Shown here: one piece after another, positions 11,595-23,244 of the stretch
Numbering within the stretch: the first letter of the stretch is position 1
Layout: each line of letters starts with the position of its first letter
Assembly (NCBI GenBank): GCA_963733295.1
Contig: CAVTCS010000005.1
Coordinates: 64,001-128,000 of the forward strand
Direction: 5' to 3'
From: Vulcanimicrobiota bacterium
GTDB taxonomy: Bacteria; Vulcanimicrobiota; Vulcanimicrobiia; Vulcanimicrobiales; Vulcanimicrobiaceae
Length of the DNA: 64,000 nt
Notes under the pieces: model-generated
The model's input: the letters and a program-made list of their open reading frames with translations, nothing else
The model's database searches: none
What the model was told of the DNA's origin: nothing
Position numbers and translations under genes: made by a program

Positions 11595-11626
11595 CGCGGT
11601 CGTTGGCAACGTTGCCGATGACCGCG
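11595..11626 (+). repeat. 32-nt inverted repeat (hairpin) after the anti-sigma gene
   Basis: CGCGGTCGTTGGCAAC/GTTGCCGATGACCGCG. Both mismatches are G-U wobbles on the + strand. No U-tract. Confidence 0.6.
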
Positions 11627-11876
11627 TGCTGCTCGCCGAACGCACCTGTTCGCCCTCGCAGACGCTTCCCTAAAGCGGGCTAGCGACCGCAGCCTCGCTA
11701 CCTGCGGGTAAACCTCGCGAAAGCAAGGCGCGGCATACGGAGAGAGGCTCGAACAAAGTCGTCACATTTTCGCGCGCTCGCGGGTCGGCGCGTTTGTCCG
11801 CGTTCAGCCCGGGAAAATTACAAGCGGCGCCCAGCTACTCGGGCAGTGTATGCTCTTTTTCGAACGGGGCCGTGAC

Positions 11877-12869
11877 ATGAATGATGGGCGCGGGTTCGTC
11901 ACATGGGTGACGCTTGTAGTGCTTTTGGCCGGATGCAGTGGCGGTGGTAGCGGCGTTGGCAGCAACAACGGAAGTCCCGTAGCGTCCAGCGCGAAATCGA
12001 CCGTTACCATCTCGATGGTCGATTCGCCGTTTCGGTTCAGCGGCGCCGACGTTACCGCCGTGACCGTCGACGTCAAGGAAGTAGAGCTGATCGGTCAGGG
12101 CGGCCCACAAACGATTAGCGTTTTCAACCCACCGCAGCAAATCAATTTGCTCGACTTTCAGACGGTTCCGGGTTTGCAGCTTGGAACCGCGGCGATCCCG
12201 GCTGGACGGTTCGAGCAGATTCGCCTCCTTCTGGACTCGTCATCGCCGGACAACAACAGTATCACCGTCGACGGCACGACATACCCGCTAAAGATCCCGA
12301 GCGCAACGACCGGTGAGGGATTTGGAAACGGGACGTCGGTCGACAAGGGCGACGGGCCCGGCACTTCCGGCATCAAGGTGCGGGTCGGACTCGTCGCCGC
12401 AGCGGGTCAAACGTACAGCATCCTCATCGACTTCAATGCCGCCGAGTCGATCGTGGAAGCGGGCAACAGCGGGAAGTGGATCATGAAGCCGGTGCTCGTT
12501 GCCACCGCCTACGCCTCCGGGTTCTTCGCGGGCATCGTTACAAACTCGATCAACGGCCAGCCTGTCGTCGACGCGGAGATCGTAGCGCTACAAGGGGGTC
12601 AAAGCATCAACAGCGGCATCACCGCCGCCGACGGTTCGTATGAAATCAACGCATTACCGTTAGGCAGCTACTCGCTGCAGATCAATAACTCGTGGACGAA
12701 CCAAGCCGGCATGCCGATGAGCGCAACAAACAGCAACGGCGCGGCGTCGGGAACCTGCGTTGGTCCTTTCACGATATCGACCGGTCAGAGTTCGGTCGAC
12801 ATCAGCGAGAATCCGACACCATCGCCAACGTCGGCGCCGTCGTCGGCGCCATTCGTCTGCTCGCCATAG
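11877..12869 (+). CDS. DUF4382-like lipoprotein with C-terminal carboxypeptidase-regulatory-like (Ig) domain
   Basis: Lipobox LLAGC, ISMVDSP, INLLD, PAGRFEQIRL, LIDFNAAESIV...WIMKPVL, then T-x-ADGSYEINALPLGSYSL. Confidence 0.75.
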   Translation: MNDGRGFVTWVTLVVLLAGCSGGGSGVGSNNGSPVASSAKSTVTISMVDSPFRFSGADVTAVTVDVKEVELIGQGGPQTISVFNPPQQINLLDFQTVPGLQLGTAAIPAGRFEQIRLLLDSSSPDNNSITVDGTTYPLKIPSATTGEGFGNGTSVDKGDGPGTSGIKVRVGLVAAAGQTYSILIDFNAAESIVEAGNSGKWIMKPVLVATAYASGFFAGIVTNSINGQPVVDAEIVALQGGQSINSGITAADGSYEINALPLGSYSLQINNSWTNQAGMPMSATNSNGAASGTCVGPFTISTGQSSVDISENPTPSPTSAPSSAPFVCSP

Positions 12870-12884
12870 CCGCATGTATAGAGC

Positions 12885-13373
12885 GTGAGGCGTCGGGTTG
12901 GGCTGGTCGTCGGGCTGCTAACGTGGCTCCTACTCTGTGATCCGGTGAACGCGGAATCCCGGTCGCGGCTGGCCCCGGCCGACGAGTATTTTGGCCGGGC
13001 GAATTTGAGCCCGATCGAGATCACCAATCGCATCGGTAACGCCGAACGCCGCGGCTCCAGCTATCGTGCGCTCATGACGACACAGACGGCGATCGAGGAT
13101 TGGACGCGGAAGTATCCCGCCGATCCGTGGATTCCACCGCGCGAGTACCGGATGTCGCACCTGTTCGCGCGTCTCCATTCGCGCGACGGGAACGCGGAAG
13201 CGGCCTGGTGCCGCGCCTACCTCCAAGTTCATTTTCCGGGGACTCGGTACGCCATCGTCGCGCAGCGCGAAGGGGGCACGAGGGTTGCCGGTACGTCCGC
13301 GCGTGCTAGTGATAAACGTGCAGCACCGAAGAGCGCCGCCAAAAAGAAACATCACTTCCTGGGGCTGCTCTAG
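12885..13373 (+). CDS. Hypothetical secreted protein ('APADEYFG' family, paralog 1)
   Basis: Signal peptide followed by LAPADEYFGRANLS...DWTRKYPADPWI...FPGTRYA. Similar to 32869..33663. Confidence 0.7.
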   Translation: MRRRVGLVVGLLTWLLLCDPVNAESRSRLAPADEYFGRANLSPIEITNRIGNAERRGSSYRALMTTQTAIEDWTRKYPADPWIPPREYRMSHLFARLHSRDGNAEAAWCRAYLQVHFPGTRYAIVAQREGGTRVAGTSARASDKRAAPKSAAKKKHHFLGLL

Positions 13374-13413
13374 GAGGCTCTCCGCGAGCGCGCCAACAGC
13401 ACAGCGCTTTCGG

Positions 13414-15435
<2,022 letters not shown>

Positions 15436-15509
15436 CTACGAGGCTCCGGCATCTTCGTCCCCTCGGGCGTGCGAGGCGGAGGGTTGCACGCCGCAGCGAA
15501 GCCCGCAGA

Positions 15510-16730
15510 ATGACCGAGGCATACATTTGCGACGCGGTGCGGACCCCGATCGGGCGGTATGGCGGGGCGCTCAGCGCCGTACGTCCCGACGATCTCGCCG
15601 CCGTACCGTTGCGTGCGCTGGTGGAGCGCAATCGCAACGTCGATTGGTCCCATCTCGACGACGTCTTGCTCGGTTGCGCAAATCAAGCCGGCGAGGACAA
15701 CCGGAACGTCGCGCGCATGGCGACGCTGCTGGCCGGCCTTCCCGATTCGGTTTCGGCGGCGACCGTCAATCGTTTGTGCGGCTCGGGCATGGACGCCATC
15801 GGGCAAGCCGCTCGCGCAATCCGCTGCGGCGAGGCGGAGTTGATCGTCGCAGGCGGCGTCGAGAGCATGTCGCGTGCGCCGCTGGTGATGCCCAAAGCCG
15901 ACTCCCCGTTTTCACGCAAGGCCGAGATCTTCGACACGACGATCGGCTGGCGCTTCGTCAACCCGCTGCTCAAAGCACAATACGGCGTCGATTCGATGCC
16001 TGAGACGGCCGAGAACGTCGCGAGCGACTTCTCCGTTTCGCGCGAGGATCAGGACGCTTTCGCGGCGCGCAGCCAGCAGCGCGCCGCCGCGGCGCAAGCC
16101 GCCGGACGTTTTGCAGAGGAGATCGTGCCGGTCATGGTCGCCGCGAAACGCGGCGAAGCGCACGCCGTTGCGCAGGACGAACACGTGCGCGGCGACACGA
16201 CCGTCGAGAAGTTGGCGAAGTTGCCGACGCCGTTTCGCAAAGACGGGACGGTCACGGCCGGTAACGCTTCGGGCGTTAACGACGGCGCCGCTGCGCTCAT
16301 CATCGCCTCCGCTGCCGCCGCACGTCTGCACGGGCTGCGGCCTCGAGCCCGCATCGCCGGGATGGCGACGGCCGGCGTCGCGCCGCGAATCATGGGGATC
16401 GGACCGGCTCCCGCCACGCGCAAGCTGCTCGAACGCCTCGAGTTGCCGCTCGGCGCCATCGAGGTGATCGAGCTCAACGAAGCATTTGCTTCCCAGTCGC
16501 TGGCGGTGCTGCGCATGCTTGGTCTTCCCGACGATGCAGCACACGTCAATCCGAACGGCGGAGCGATCGCGCTCGGACATCCGCTCGGCATGAGCGGCGC
16601 TCGCCTCGTAACGACCGCGACCTACGAACTCGAGCGGCGCTCGGCGCGCTACGCGCTCTGCACGATGTGCATCGGCGTGGGCCAAGGCATCGCGATGCTG
16701 ATCGAGCGCGTCGACGGGCTTCCGGCCTGA
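15510..16730 (+). CDS. pcaF: 3-oxoadipyl-CoA thiolase (PcaF/PaaJ type)
   Basis: [57 protein letters not shown]. Confidence 0.9.
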   Translation: MTEAYICDAVRTPIGRYGGALSAVRPDDLAAVPLRALVERNRNVDWSHLDDVLLGCANQAGEDNRNVARMATLLAGLPDSVSAATVNRLCGSGMDAIGQAARAIRCGEAELIVAGGVESMSRAPLVMPKADSPFSRKAEIFDTTIGWRFVNPLLKAQYGVDSMPETAENVASDFSVSREDQDAFAARSQQRAAAAQAAGRFAEEIVPVMVAAKRGEAHAVAQDEHVRGDTTVEKLAKLPTPFRKDGTVTAGNASGVNDGAAALIIASAAAARLHGLRPRARIAGMATAGVAPRIMGIGPAPATRKLLERLELPLGAIEVIELNEAFASQSLAVLRMLGLPDDAAHVNPNGGAIALGHPLGMSGARLVTTATYELERRSARYALCTMCIGVGQGIAMLIERVDGLPA

Positions 16731-17092
16731 AACTGCAACCGGCGCTCATCGGCGCGTTCTTCGTTTTCGCGGGCGCGCTCCATTTCGTCCGGCCGCGGAT
16801 GTACGAAGCGATCGTACCGCCGCTTCTTCCGAACCCACACGCCATCGTGCAGGGTAGCGGCGCTTGTGAGATCCTCGGCGGAATCGGCGTTCTGCTGCCT
16901 GCGACGCGCGTCGCGGCGGCCTGGGGACTCATCGCGCTGCTCGTCGCGGTGTTCCCCGCCAACATCTTCATGGCGACGGAGGCTGCGCGCTTCCGTTCCG
17001 TCGCGCCCGCCTGGAGCCTTTGGGCGCGCCTCCCCCTTCAGTTCGTTCTGATTTGGTGGATCTACCGCGCCTGCATCAGGCGGCGCACGTAA
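16727..17092 (+). CDS. DoxX-family membrane protein
   Basis: [45 protein letters not shown]. Probable CTG start overlapping the pcaF stop. Confidence 0.8.
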   Translation: MKLQPALIGAFFVFAGALHFVRPRMYEAIVPPLLPNPHAIVQGSGACEILGGIGVLLPATRVAAAWGLIALLVAVFPANIFMATEAARFRSVAPAWSLWARLPLQFVLIWWIYRACIRRRT

Positions 17093-17192
17093 CGCTGCAG
17101 GATATACGACCAGGCCATGTCGCCCTCGTACGTTTCGCGTTGCGTTCCATTTTCGCGCAGGAGGGCTTGCGGGCATGGGGATATCCGGCCAT

Positions 17193-18422
17193 ATGCGATT
17201 CTTCCGCTCCCTCGCGGCGCTTTTTGCCCTCGCGGCTTTCAGCGCAGGCTTTGCCGGAGCACAAACACCGCAGCCTACGCCGCTGGGGCCCCGAGCGGCG
17301 CTCGAACGATTACTGCATGCCGAACACGCCTCGGCCGATTGGTTCGCACCGAGCTTCCTCGCAGTCGCCTCCGTCGATCGAATCGACGCCGTGATCGCTC
17401 AGCTGCGCGCGGATGGAGGCGCCTTTGCGCGTGTCGAGATGCGCGGCGATGCGTACTATTCGGTTTTTGAGAAGGGCGCGAGCCGAACGCAAGTCGCGTT
17501 GGACGGACAAGGACGTTTTACCACGCTTTTCTTTGCACCGTTCGGCCCGTTGCCGCCGGCCGTTACAACGCCGTTGCCGCTGGTCGCTACGACGCTGGAC
17601 GAAGCGTTGCAGCAACTGCGGGCGCAAGGCGGCGACCTCGGTTATCTCGTCCTGGCGAACTCGACGCAACTCGCGGCTCTCCAGCCGGACCGGCCGATGG
17701 CGGTTGGGTCAACCTTCAAGCTCGCGGTGCTCGTCGCTCTGCGCGCCGAGATCGAGGCCAAACGACGCGAGTGGTCGGACGTGGTCCCGCTTCCCGCAGC
17801 GGCGAAGAGCCTGCCTTCCGGTTTGCTGCGCCTGTGGCCGGACGGTACGCCGATCACGCTTGCAACGTACGCGGGGGAGATGATTTCGATCAGCGACAAC
17901 ACGGCGGCCGATACGCTGATCGGAGTGGTCGGCCGCGGTCCGCTCGAAAAGCTCGCGCCGCGCAACGAACCGTTCCTGACGACCCGCGAAACGTTCGTGC
18001 TGAAAGCCGACGCGGCGCTTCGCGAAGCTTACCGGACAGCCTCACCGAAAGAACGGCGCAACTTGCTGGCGCGCATAGATTCCCAGCCGCTTCCCACGCC
18101 CTCGCAAGTCGATCTCGATCCGTCGTTCCTCGATATCGAATGGTACTTTACCCCGCGCGAACTTTGCGCGCTCATGGCCCGCGTTGCCGACCTTCCGCTG
18201 ATGACGATCAATCCGGGTGTTGCAAAGCCGGCGGCCTGGAAGCGCGTTGCGTTCAAAGGCGGCAGCGACGCGGGGGTTCTCAACTTGACGACTTATCTCA
18301 CCGCAAAGAACGGAACCTCGTACTGTGTCACCGCGACCTGGAATAACCCGAAGGCGCAGATCGACGAACCGGCCGCGGAAAGCGCCTACGCCGCGCTGCT
18401 CGATTTCCTGAGCACTCGCTGA
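17193..18422 (+). CDS. Secreted serine hydrolase, class A beta-lactamase-like (LpqF-like)
   Basis: Signal peptide, GSTFK (SxxK), ISDN (SDN) and FKGGS (KTG-like) motifs. Confidence 0.85.
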   Translation: MRFFRSLAALFALAAFSAGFAGAQTPQPTPLGPRAALERLLHAEHASADWFAPSFLAVASVDRIDAVIAQLRADGGAFARVEMRGDAYYSVFEKGASRTQVALDGQGRFTTLFFAPFGPLPPAVTTPLPLVATTLDEALQQLRAQGGDLGYLVLANSTQLAALQPDRPMAVGSTFKLAVLVALRAEIEAKRREWSDVVPLPAAAKSLPSGLLRLWPDGTPITLATYAGEMISISDNTAADTLIGVVGRGPLEKLAPRNEPFLTTRETFVLKADAALREAYRTASPKERRNLLARIDSQPLPTPSQVDLDPSFLDIEWYFTPRELCALMARVADLPLMTINPGVAKPAAWKRVAFKGGSDAGVLNLTTYLTAKNGTSYCVTATWNNPKAQIDEPAAESAYAALLDFLSTR

Positions 18423-18423
18423 G

Positions 18424-19056
18424 GTGAAACCGGTCGTCGTCTGGCGGCGTCCGGCCAAAGCCGGGTCGCGAACGCCGCTCGTCGTCTTCCTGCACGGACG
18501 GGGGGCCGACGAGAACGATTTGATCGACATCGCCGAGCGGCTCCCGCGAGCGTTCGCATACGCGAGCGTTCGCGCGCCGGTTCCGCTCGTGGAAGGCGGC
18601 TACACCTGGTTCGAGAGCCATGGGCCGGCCCGTCCGATCCCGGCCAGCGTGCGAGCGTCGGTCGCCGCGTTTCGAGCCTGGCTCGACGATCCGTCGCTCG
18701 GTTGCGGCGGCGAGCCGTGTTTTCTTCTCGGGTTCAGTGCCGGAATGATGATGGCGGGAGCGCTCGTCGTCGACGATCCCAAGCGATTCGCGGGAGCGGT
18801 CCTCCTCAGCGGCGCGCTCGCACTCGACGCGATGCCCGAAGCGCTTCCTGGCCGCCTCACCGGTCTGCCGGTCTTCTACGGACGGGGTTCGGAAGACGAC
18901 GTCATTCCCGCAGCGCTGGTCGTGCAGAGCGCAAGGTACTTACGCGAGCGCAGCGGCGCCGACGTTACGTTTCACGAGTATCGTCTCGCGCATGCGATCT
19001 CGAATCGCGAGCTGGACGACGTCGCCGAGTGGTTCGCCGCAGTTCACGAGCGCTGA
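18424..19056 (+). CDS. Alpha/beta hydrolase (phospholipase/carboxylesterase)
   Basis: VFLHGRGADE, GFSAG nucleophile elbow, D..IP and H catalytic residues. Confidence 0.88.
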   Translation: MKPVVVWRRPAKAGSRTPLVVFLHGRGADENDLIDIAERLPRAFAYASVRAPVPLVEGGYTWFESHGPARPIPASVRASVAAFRAWLDDPSLGCGGEPCFLLGFSAGMMMAGALVVDDPKRFAGAVLLSGALALDAMPEALPGRLTGLPVFYGRGSEDDVIPAALVVQSARYLRERSGADVTFHEYRLAHAISNRELDDVAEWFAAVHER

Positions 19057-19059
19057 GCG

Positions 19060-20724
19060 CTAGTCGGGAAAGGCGCGCTCCACAATGGCCGCCGCATCCA
19101 CGCCGGCTGGGAGCGTGCCGAACGAGCGGCCCCACTCACCGGCAAGACGCGTGCGGCAGAACGCATCCGCGACCACCGCCGGGCTGTGCCGGACGACGAG
19201 CGCAGCGCTGAAGACGAGCGCCATCTCCTCGACCAGCGCGCGCGCCTGTTCTTCCTCGGTCTCATTCGAGCGTACGAAGTGTTCGAGGCTCTCGGCCGAC
19301 GCATCGAGATGCGAATTCCCGCCCACCGCTCGTGCAATCTCGGCGAAGAAGGCCTCGAGCACGCCCTCCTCCTTGCGCATCGCTCGCAACACGTCGAGCG
19401 CGTTGACGTTGCCCGAGCCTTCCCAGATCGAATTGAGCGGTGATTCGCGGAAGATCCGCGGCATGATGCTTTCTTCGACGTAACCGTTTCCGCCCAAACA
19501 TTCGAGCGCCTCGGCTGCGTGCGGGGTCGCGCGCTTGCAGATCCAAAACTTCGCGAGCGCGGTTCCGACGCGCTTGAGGGCGGCTTCGTACTTGTCCTCG
19601 CCGGCTCGGTCGCAGGCGCGCGCGAGACGCATGCAAAGCAGCGTCGCCGCTTCCGATTCGAGCGCGAGGTCGGCCAGAACGTTCTGCATCAGCGGCTGTT
19701 CCGCGAGCAGTTTTCCGAAAGCACTGCGATGACGCGCGTGATGGATCGCTTGCACGAGCGCCTGGCGCATGCCGGATGCCGCGCCGAGCGCGCAGTCGAG
19801 TCGCGTGAAGTTTACCATCTCGACGATCGTTTGAATGCCGCGGCCTTCTTCGCCGACGAGCCAACCTGCCGTACCATCGAATTCGACTTCCGCCGAGGCG
19901 TTGGAACGGTTCCCTAGCTTATCCTTGAGACGTTGCAGCGCGAATGCGTTGCGCTCGCCGTTCGGCAAAAAGCGCGGCACGAGAAAACACGAGAGGCCGT
20001 CCGGCGCTTGCGCCAATACGAGAAACGCATCGGACATCGGAGCGCTGCAGAACCACTTGTGACCGGTGAGCGTATACTCGGAACCAGGACCGCCGGCACC
20101 GGCGGGAACTGCGCGAGTCGTGTTGGCGCGAACGTCCGAGCCGCCTTGCTTCTCGGTCATCGCCATGCCGAAAATCGCGCTGCCTTTTTCCGTGGCCGGG
20201 CGCAAACGTCCGTCATAGGTGCGCGCGAAAACGAGCGGTTCCCAGATGCGGGCGAGTTCGGGCTGGCTGCGCAGAACCGGCACCGCAGCATGCGTCATCG
20301 AGATGGGACAGCCGTGACCCGCTTCGACTTGACTCCAAACGAAGAACGCAGCGGCTCGCGCCACGTGCGCACCCGGTCGCGCCGTGCTCCACGCCGATGC
20401 ATGCAGACCGTTTCCGGTTGCAACTAGCATCAGGCGGTGGTACGACGGATGATACGCGACCTCGTCGATACGATTGCCGAAACGATCGAAGGCCCGAAGC
20501 TCGGGCGGAAAACGGTTGGCTTCGAAACCCCAAGCGATCGCTTCGGCGCTGCCCGCGCGCCGGCCGAGTTCGTGAAGGTGCGCCTGCGCCCAGCCGGCGC
20601 CGTTTTCGGCGACCGCGGCGTCGAGCACCGGGTCGCGTCCGAAGACGTCGTAGTCGACGAGCGGGGGCGGCTGATTGGTGACCTCGTGCGTCCCGGCGAC
20701 GCCGGGCGGCGTCAGCAAATCCAT
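19060..20724 (-). CDS. aidB: AidB-like acyl-CoA dehydrogenase
   Basis: THEVTNQPPPL, GHGCPISMT, GMAMTEKQGGSDVRANTT, LKDKLGNRSNAS, SIWEGSGNV. Confidence 0.9.
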   Translation of the reverse strand: MDLLTPPGVAGTHEVTNQPPPLVDYDVFGRDPVLDAAVAENGAGWAQAHLHELGRRAGSAEAIAWGFEANRFPPELRAFDRFGNRIDEVAYHPSYHRLMLVATGNGLHASAWSTARPGAHVARAAAFFVWSQVEAGHGCPISMTHAAVPVLRSQPELARIWEPLVFARTYDGRLRPATEKGSAIFGMAMTEKQGGSDVRANTTRAVPAGAGGPGSEYTLTGHKWFCSAPMSDAFLVLAQAPDGLSCFLVPRFLPNGERNAFALQRLKDKLGNRSNASAEVEFDGTAGWLVGEEGRGIQTIVEMVNFTRLDCALGAASGMRQALVQAIHHARHRSAFGKLLAEQPLMQNVLADLALESEAATLLCMRLARACDRAGEDKYEAALKRVGTALAKFWICKRATPHAAEALECLGGNGYVEESIMPRIFRESPLNSIWEGSGNVNALDVLRAMRKEEGVLEAFFAEIARAVGGNSHLDASAESLEHFVRSNETEEEQARALVEEMALVFSAALVVRHSPAVVADAFCRTRLAGEWGRSFGTLPAGVDAAAIVERAFPD

Positions 20725-20785
20725 GGCCGTTTCCTTCAAGCGCGAGCGCGCGGCCACCCGTCACCCTGCCTCGTGCGGACCGTGC

Positions 20786-21463
20786 TCACCATACGTACGG
20801 TACGAGCCGGCTGCGAACCCGGCGGCAGTACTCCGCATAACCGGGGAGATTCTTTTGCAGAAAGGCTTCTTCGTCGAGAAGGCGCCAGACGATTGCGGCC
20901 GCGAGCGGAACGACTGCGACGAGCGCCCAGAACGAACCGAGCGTGAGCGGCGTGCCGATCAGCATGAGCAACGCGCCCGAGTACATCGGATGGCGAACGG
21001 CGGCATAGGGTCCGCTCGAGACCACCTGTTGGCCGCTCCATACGCCGATCGTGCCTGAGGCGAACGAGTTCTCGCGGAATACGAGAAAGACGACGAAGAA
21101 CCCGACCGCCGTCAGCCCGGCGCCGCCGGCTTCGAGGAGCGGCGGTACGTACGACCACCCGAAGCGATGGTCGAACGATGCGCTGAGAAAGATCGCCAAG
21201 AACGCGCACAACGCGATGGCGTGGATGATCTTCTGTGGCTTCCGCTTTTCGGCGATCGGACCCGCAACGATGCGGCGTTCGAGCAACGCGGGGTCGTTCT
21301 TCAGCAGATACGCCGTAATCAGAGCGACTGCCGTCGCGAATATGGCGAGGTAAATCCAGGCCTGCGGATAGTCGAGCGTGAGCGCGGGAACGAAGAGCAC
21401 GAGCCCCAGAAGGCCGAGCGTTTGAAGGGCGCCGACCGTCGCTCTCACCGCGAGCGAGTTCAC
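20786..21463 (-). CDS. Isoprenylcysteine carboxylmethyltransferase family membrane protein
   Basis: ENSFAS..I....QQVVSSGPYAAVRHPMY, EEAFL...LPGYAEY...RLVPYVW. Confidence 0.9.
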   Translation of the reverse strand: MNSLAVRATVGALQTLGLLGLVLFVPALTLDYPQAWIYLAIFATAVALITAYLLKNDPALLERRIVAGPIAEKRKPQKIIHAIALCAFLAIFLSASFDHRFGWSYVPPLLEAGGAGLTAVGFFVVFLVFRENSFASGTIGVWSGQQVVSSGPYAAVRHPMYSGALLMLIGTPLTLGSFWALVAVVPLAAAIVWRLLDEEAFLQKNLPGYAEYCRRVRSRLVPYVW

Positions 21464-21538
21464 TCCCTCACTTAAAACCCGATAGCGCCATTTTCGATTC
21501 GACCTCTCCGCATTTTTTCGGGCGATGTAGCGGTACCC

Positions 21539-21799
21539 TTATTTCGGCTCATCTTGAGTGTGAATGTATTCCCAGAGAATGTGCTGGATTAGGTTGCTGC
21601 GCTTCCGATGCTGACCAGCGGCCATACGATCGAGAGCATCGAGAAGTGGGCGGCTGAGACGGATCGAAATCGGCGGCTGGCTGGAAATCGGCCCAACGTC
21701 AGCGCGTTCGGCGACGGTACCCTCGAAAGCGTCATAGTCCGGCGACTCGTGTTGCCGGATCATTTCTTCGCGTGAAAGCCTTTTCGTCGTTTTCATCAT
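21539..21799 (-). CDS. Ribbon-helix-helix antitoxin-like protein (BrnA/CopG type)
   Basis: C-terminal ISIRLSRPLLDALDRMAAGQHRKRSNLIQHILWEY is an RHH. ATG overlaps the stop of a BrnT-like remnant. Confidence 0.75.
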   Translation of the reverse strand: MMKTTKRLSREEMIRQHESPDYDAFEGTVAERADVGPISSQPPISIRLSRPLLDALDRMAAGQHRKRSNLIQHILWEYIHTQDEPK

Positions 21800-21877
21800 C
21801 CACTCCGACACCGACGCTTCTCACGCTCGTTCATATCGCGCGCGGAAAAAACGTACAGCTCGATGGCATAGTGTCAT
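21796..21877 (-). pseudogene. BrnT-like toxin remnant
   Basis: Minus frame 21873-21796 reads HYAIELYVFSARDMNEREKRRCRSG*. SARDM..RE.RR resembles the BrnT C-terminus. The nearest upstream ATG (21877) is out of frame by 1. Confidence 0.6.
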
Positions 21878-21882
21878 GTCCG

Positions 21883-21909
21883 ATTGTAGCATATTGTATT
21901 ACATTTGAA
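21883..21909 (-). promoter_or_regulatory. Promoter/operator of the TA locus
   Basis: On the minus strand TTCAAA-TGTAATACA-ATATGC-TACAAT: an extended -10 (TGcTACAAT) with a TGTA-N-TACA palindrome in the spacer. Confidence 0.55.
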
Positions 21910-22201
21910 TACGGTGCCCACCCGCGGCCCGACCGAGCGGACGTCCACCACGCGGAAAGCAACCGACTGTTTCTAGCTGCGCTCCCCTAAGAGTTTGCGT
22001 TCCCGTTTCGGCTTTGGTGCCGCCGTGACGGCGTCGCGATCCGAGCGCGTCCGTCGCGCCATATGCGGCATCAAACGACTTTCGCTGCAAAGCATGCAGC
22101 AAAATAACTTCTCTTCGAGTGCAGATAGCCTACCAGGAAGTCGAGCACGTCGATTTTTCGGCGGAGAGTGAACGCCGCAAGCTGCAGCGAAGCCGCCGGA
22201 C

Positions 22202-23236
22202 ATGCAGACAGCGCGCACGAATCACGAAATCCGCCTCGTTTCCCGGCCGACGGGCTGGCCCACGCTCGATAACTTCGCTTTGGCCGAAACCACGATCGGC
22301 CAACCGGGAGAGGGCGAAGCGCTCGTGCGCATCACGCACATGTCGGTCGATCCCTATATGCGGGGCCGCATGTCCGAAGCGCGCTCGTACGTTCCGCCCT
22401 ACAAGCTGGATGAGGTGATGACGGGTGGCGCGGTCGGATTCGTGATCGAGTCTCGCGAACCGTCACTGCCCGCCGGCACCTGGGTCCTTTCGAGCGACTT
22501 GGGCTGGCGCGAATACGGGATCGCACCGGCCTCGAAACTCCAAAAGATCAGTACCGACATCGCGCCACCGAGCGCGTTTCTCGGCATCCTCGGAATGCCT
22601 GGGCTGACGGCGTGGGTCGGACTGTTCGTCATCGGTCAGCTCAAGGCCGGCGAAACGATCTTCATCTCATCCGCCGGGGGCGCGGTCGGAAGCATCGCGG
22701 GTCAGCTCGCAAAGAATCACGGCGCGCGCGTCATCGGGAGTGTGGGCTCGCCCGAGAAAGCCCGCTACATCAAGGAAGAGTTCGGCTACGACGAAGCTTT
22801 CGATTATCACGGCGACTCCGTCAAGAGTTTGCGCGACGCAGCTCCCGACGGAATCGACGTCTACTTCGACAACGTCGGCGGCGAGCAATTGCAGGCGGCG
22901 CTCGGGGCGCTCAAGGACTTCGGCCGGGCCGTCGAATGCGGCATGATCGCGCAGTACAACGAGCTGGTGCCGGGCCCGGTGAACCTGCCCAACATCGTTC
23001 GCAAACGTCTAAGGGTTCAGGGATTCATCGTCTCGGATCATTACGATCGCGCTCCGGCCTTCATTGCCGAGACGGCGAAGCTCTTGCGGGAAGGAAAGAT
23101 CAAGTACCACGAGACCTACTTCGACGGGCTCGCAAACGCGCCGCACGCGTTCCTCGAACTGTTCGGCGGCCACAAGACCGGCAAGATCATCGTGCGCGTC
23201 GCGCCCGAAGGCACGACCCCGCAAACGACGCCGTGA
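22202..23236 (+). CDS. NADP-dependent oxidoreductase (CurA/prostaglandin reductase MDR family)
   Basis: SVDPYMRGRM, LGMPGLTAWVGL, AGGAVGS, GIDVYFDNVGG, CGMIAQYN. Confidence 0.92.
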   Translation: MQTARTNHEIRLVSRPTGWPTLDNFALAETTIGQPGEGEALVRITHMSVDPYMRGRMSEARSYVPPYKLDEVMTGGAVGFVIESREPSLPAGTWVLSSDLGWREYGIAPASKLQKISTDIAPPSAFLGILGMPGLTAWVGLFVIGQLKAGETIFISSAGGAVGSIAGQLAKNHGARVIGSVGSPEKARYIKEEFGYDEAFDYHGDSVKSLRDAAPDGIDVYFDNVGGEQLQAALGALKDFGRAVECGMIAQYNELVPGPVNLPNIVRKRLRVQGFIVSDHYDRAPAFIAETAKLLREGKIKYHETYFDGLANAPHAFLELFGGHKTGKIIVRVAPEGTTPQTTP

Positions 23237-23244
23237 GGTAGCGT

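Noticed and set aside
11595..11626. Intrinsic terminator call for the hairpin after the anti-sigma gene
   Set aside because: There is no U-tract on either strand, so it is reported only as an inverted repeat.
17193..18422. Bona fide beta-lactamase resistance gene
   Set aside because: It has KGG rather than KTG, an extra N-terminal domain and no clear omega-loop ExxLN. It is better called a generic serine hydrolase.
21973..22071. Small basic minus-strand ORF (MPHMARRTRS...ERS)
   Set aside because: No clear RBS or recognisable motif, so it cannot be supported.
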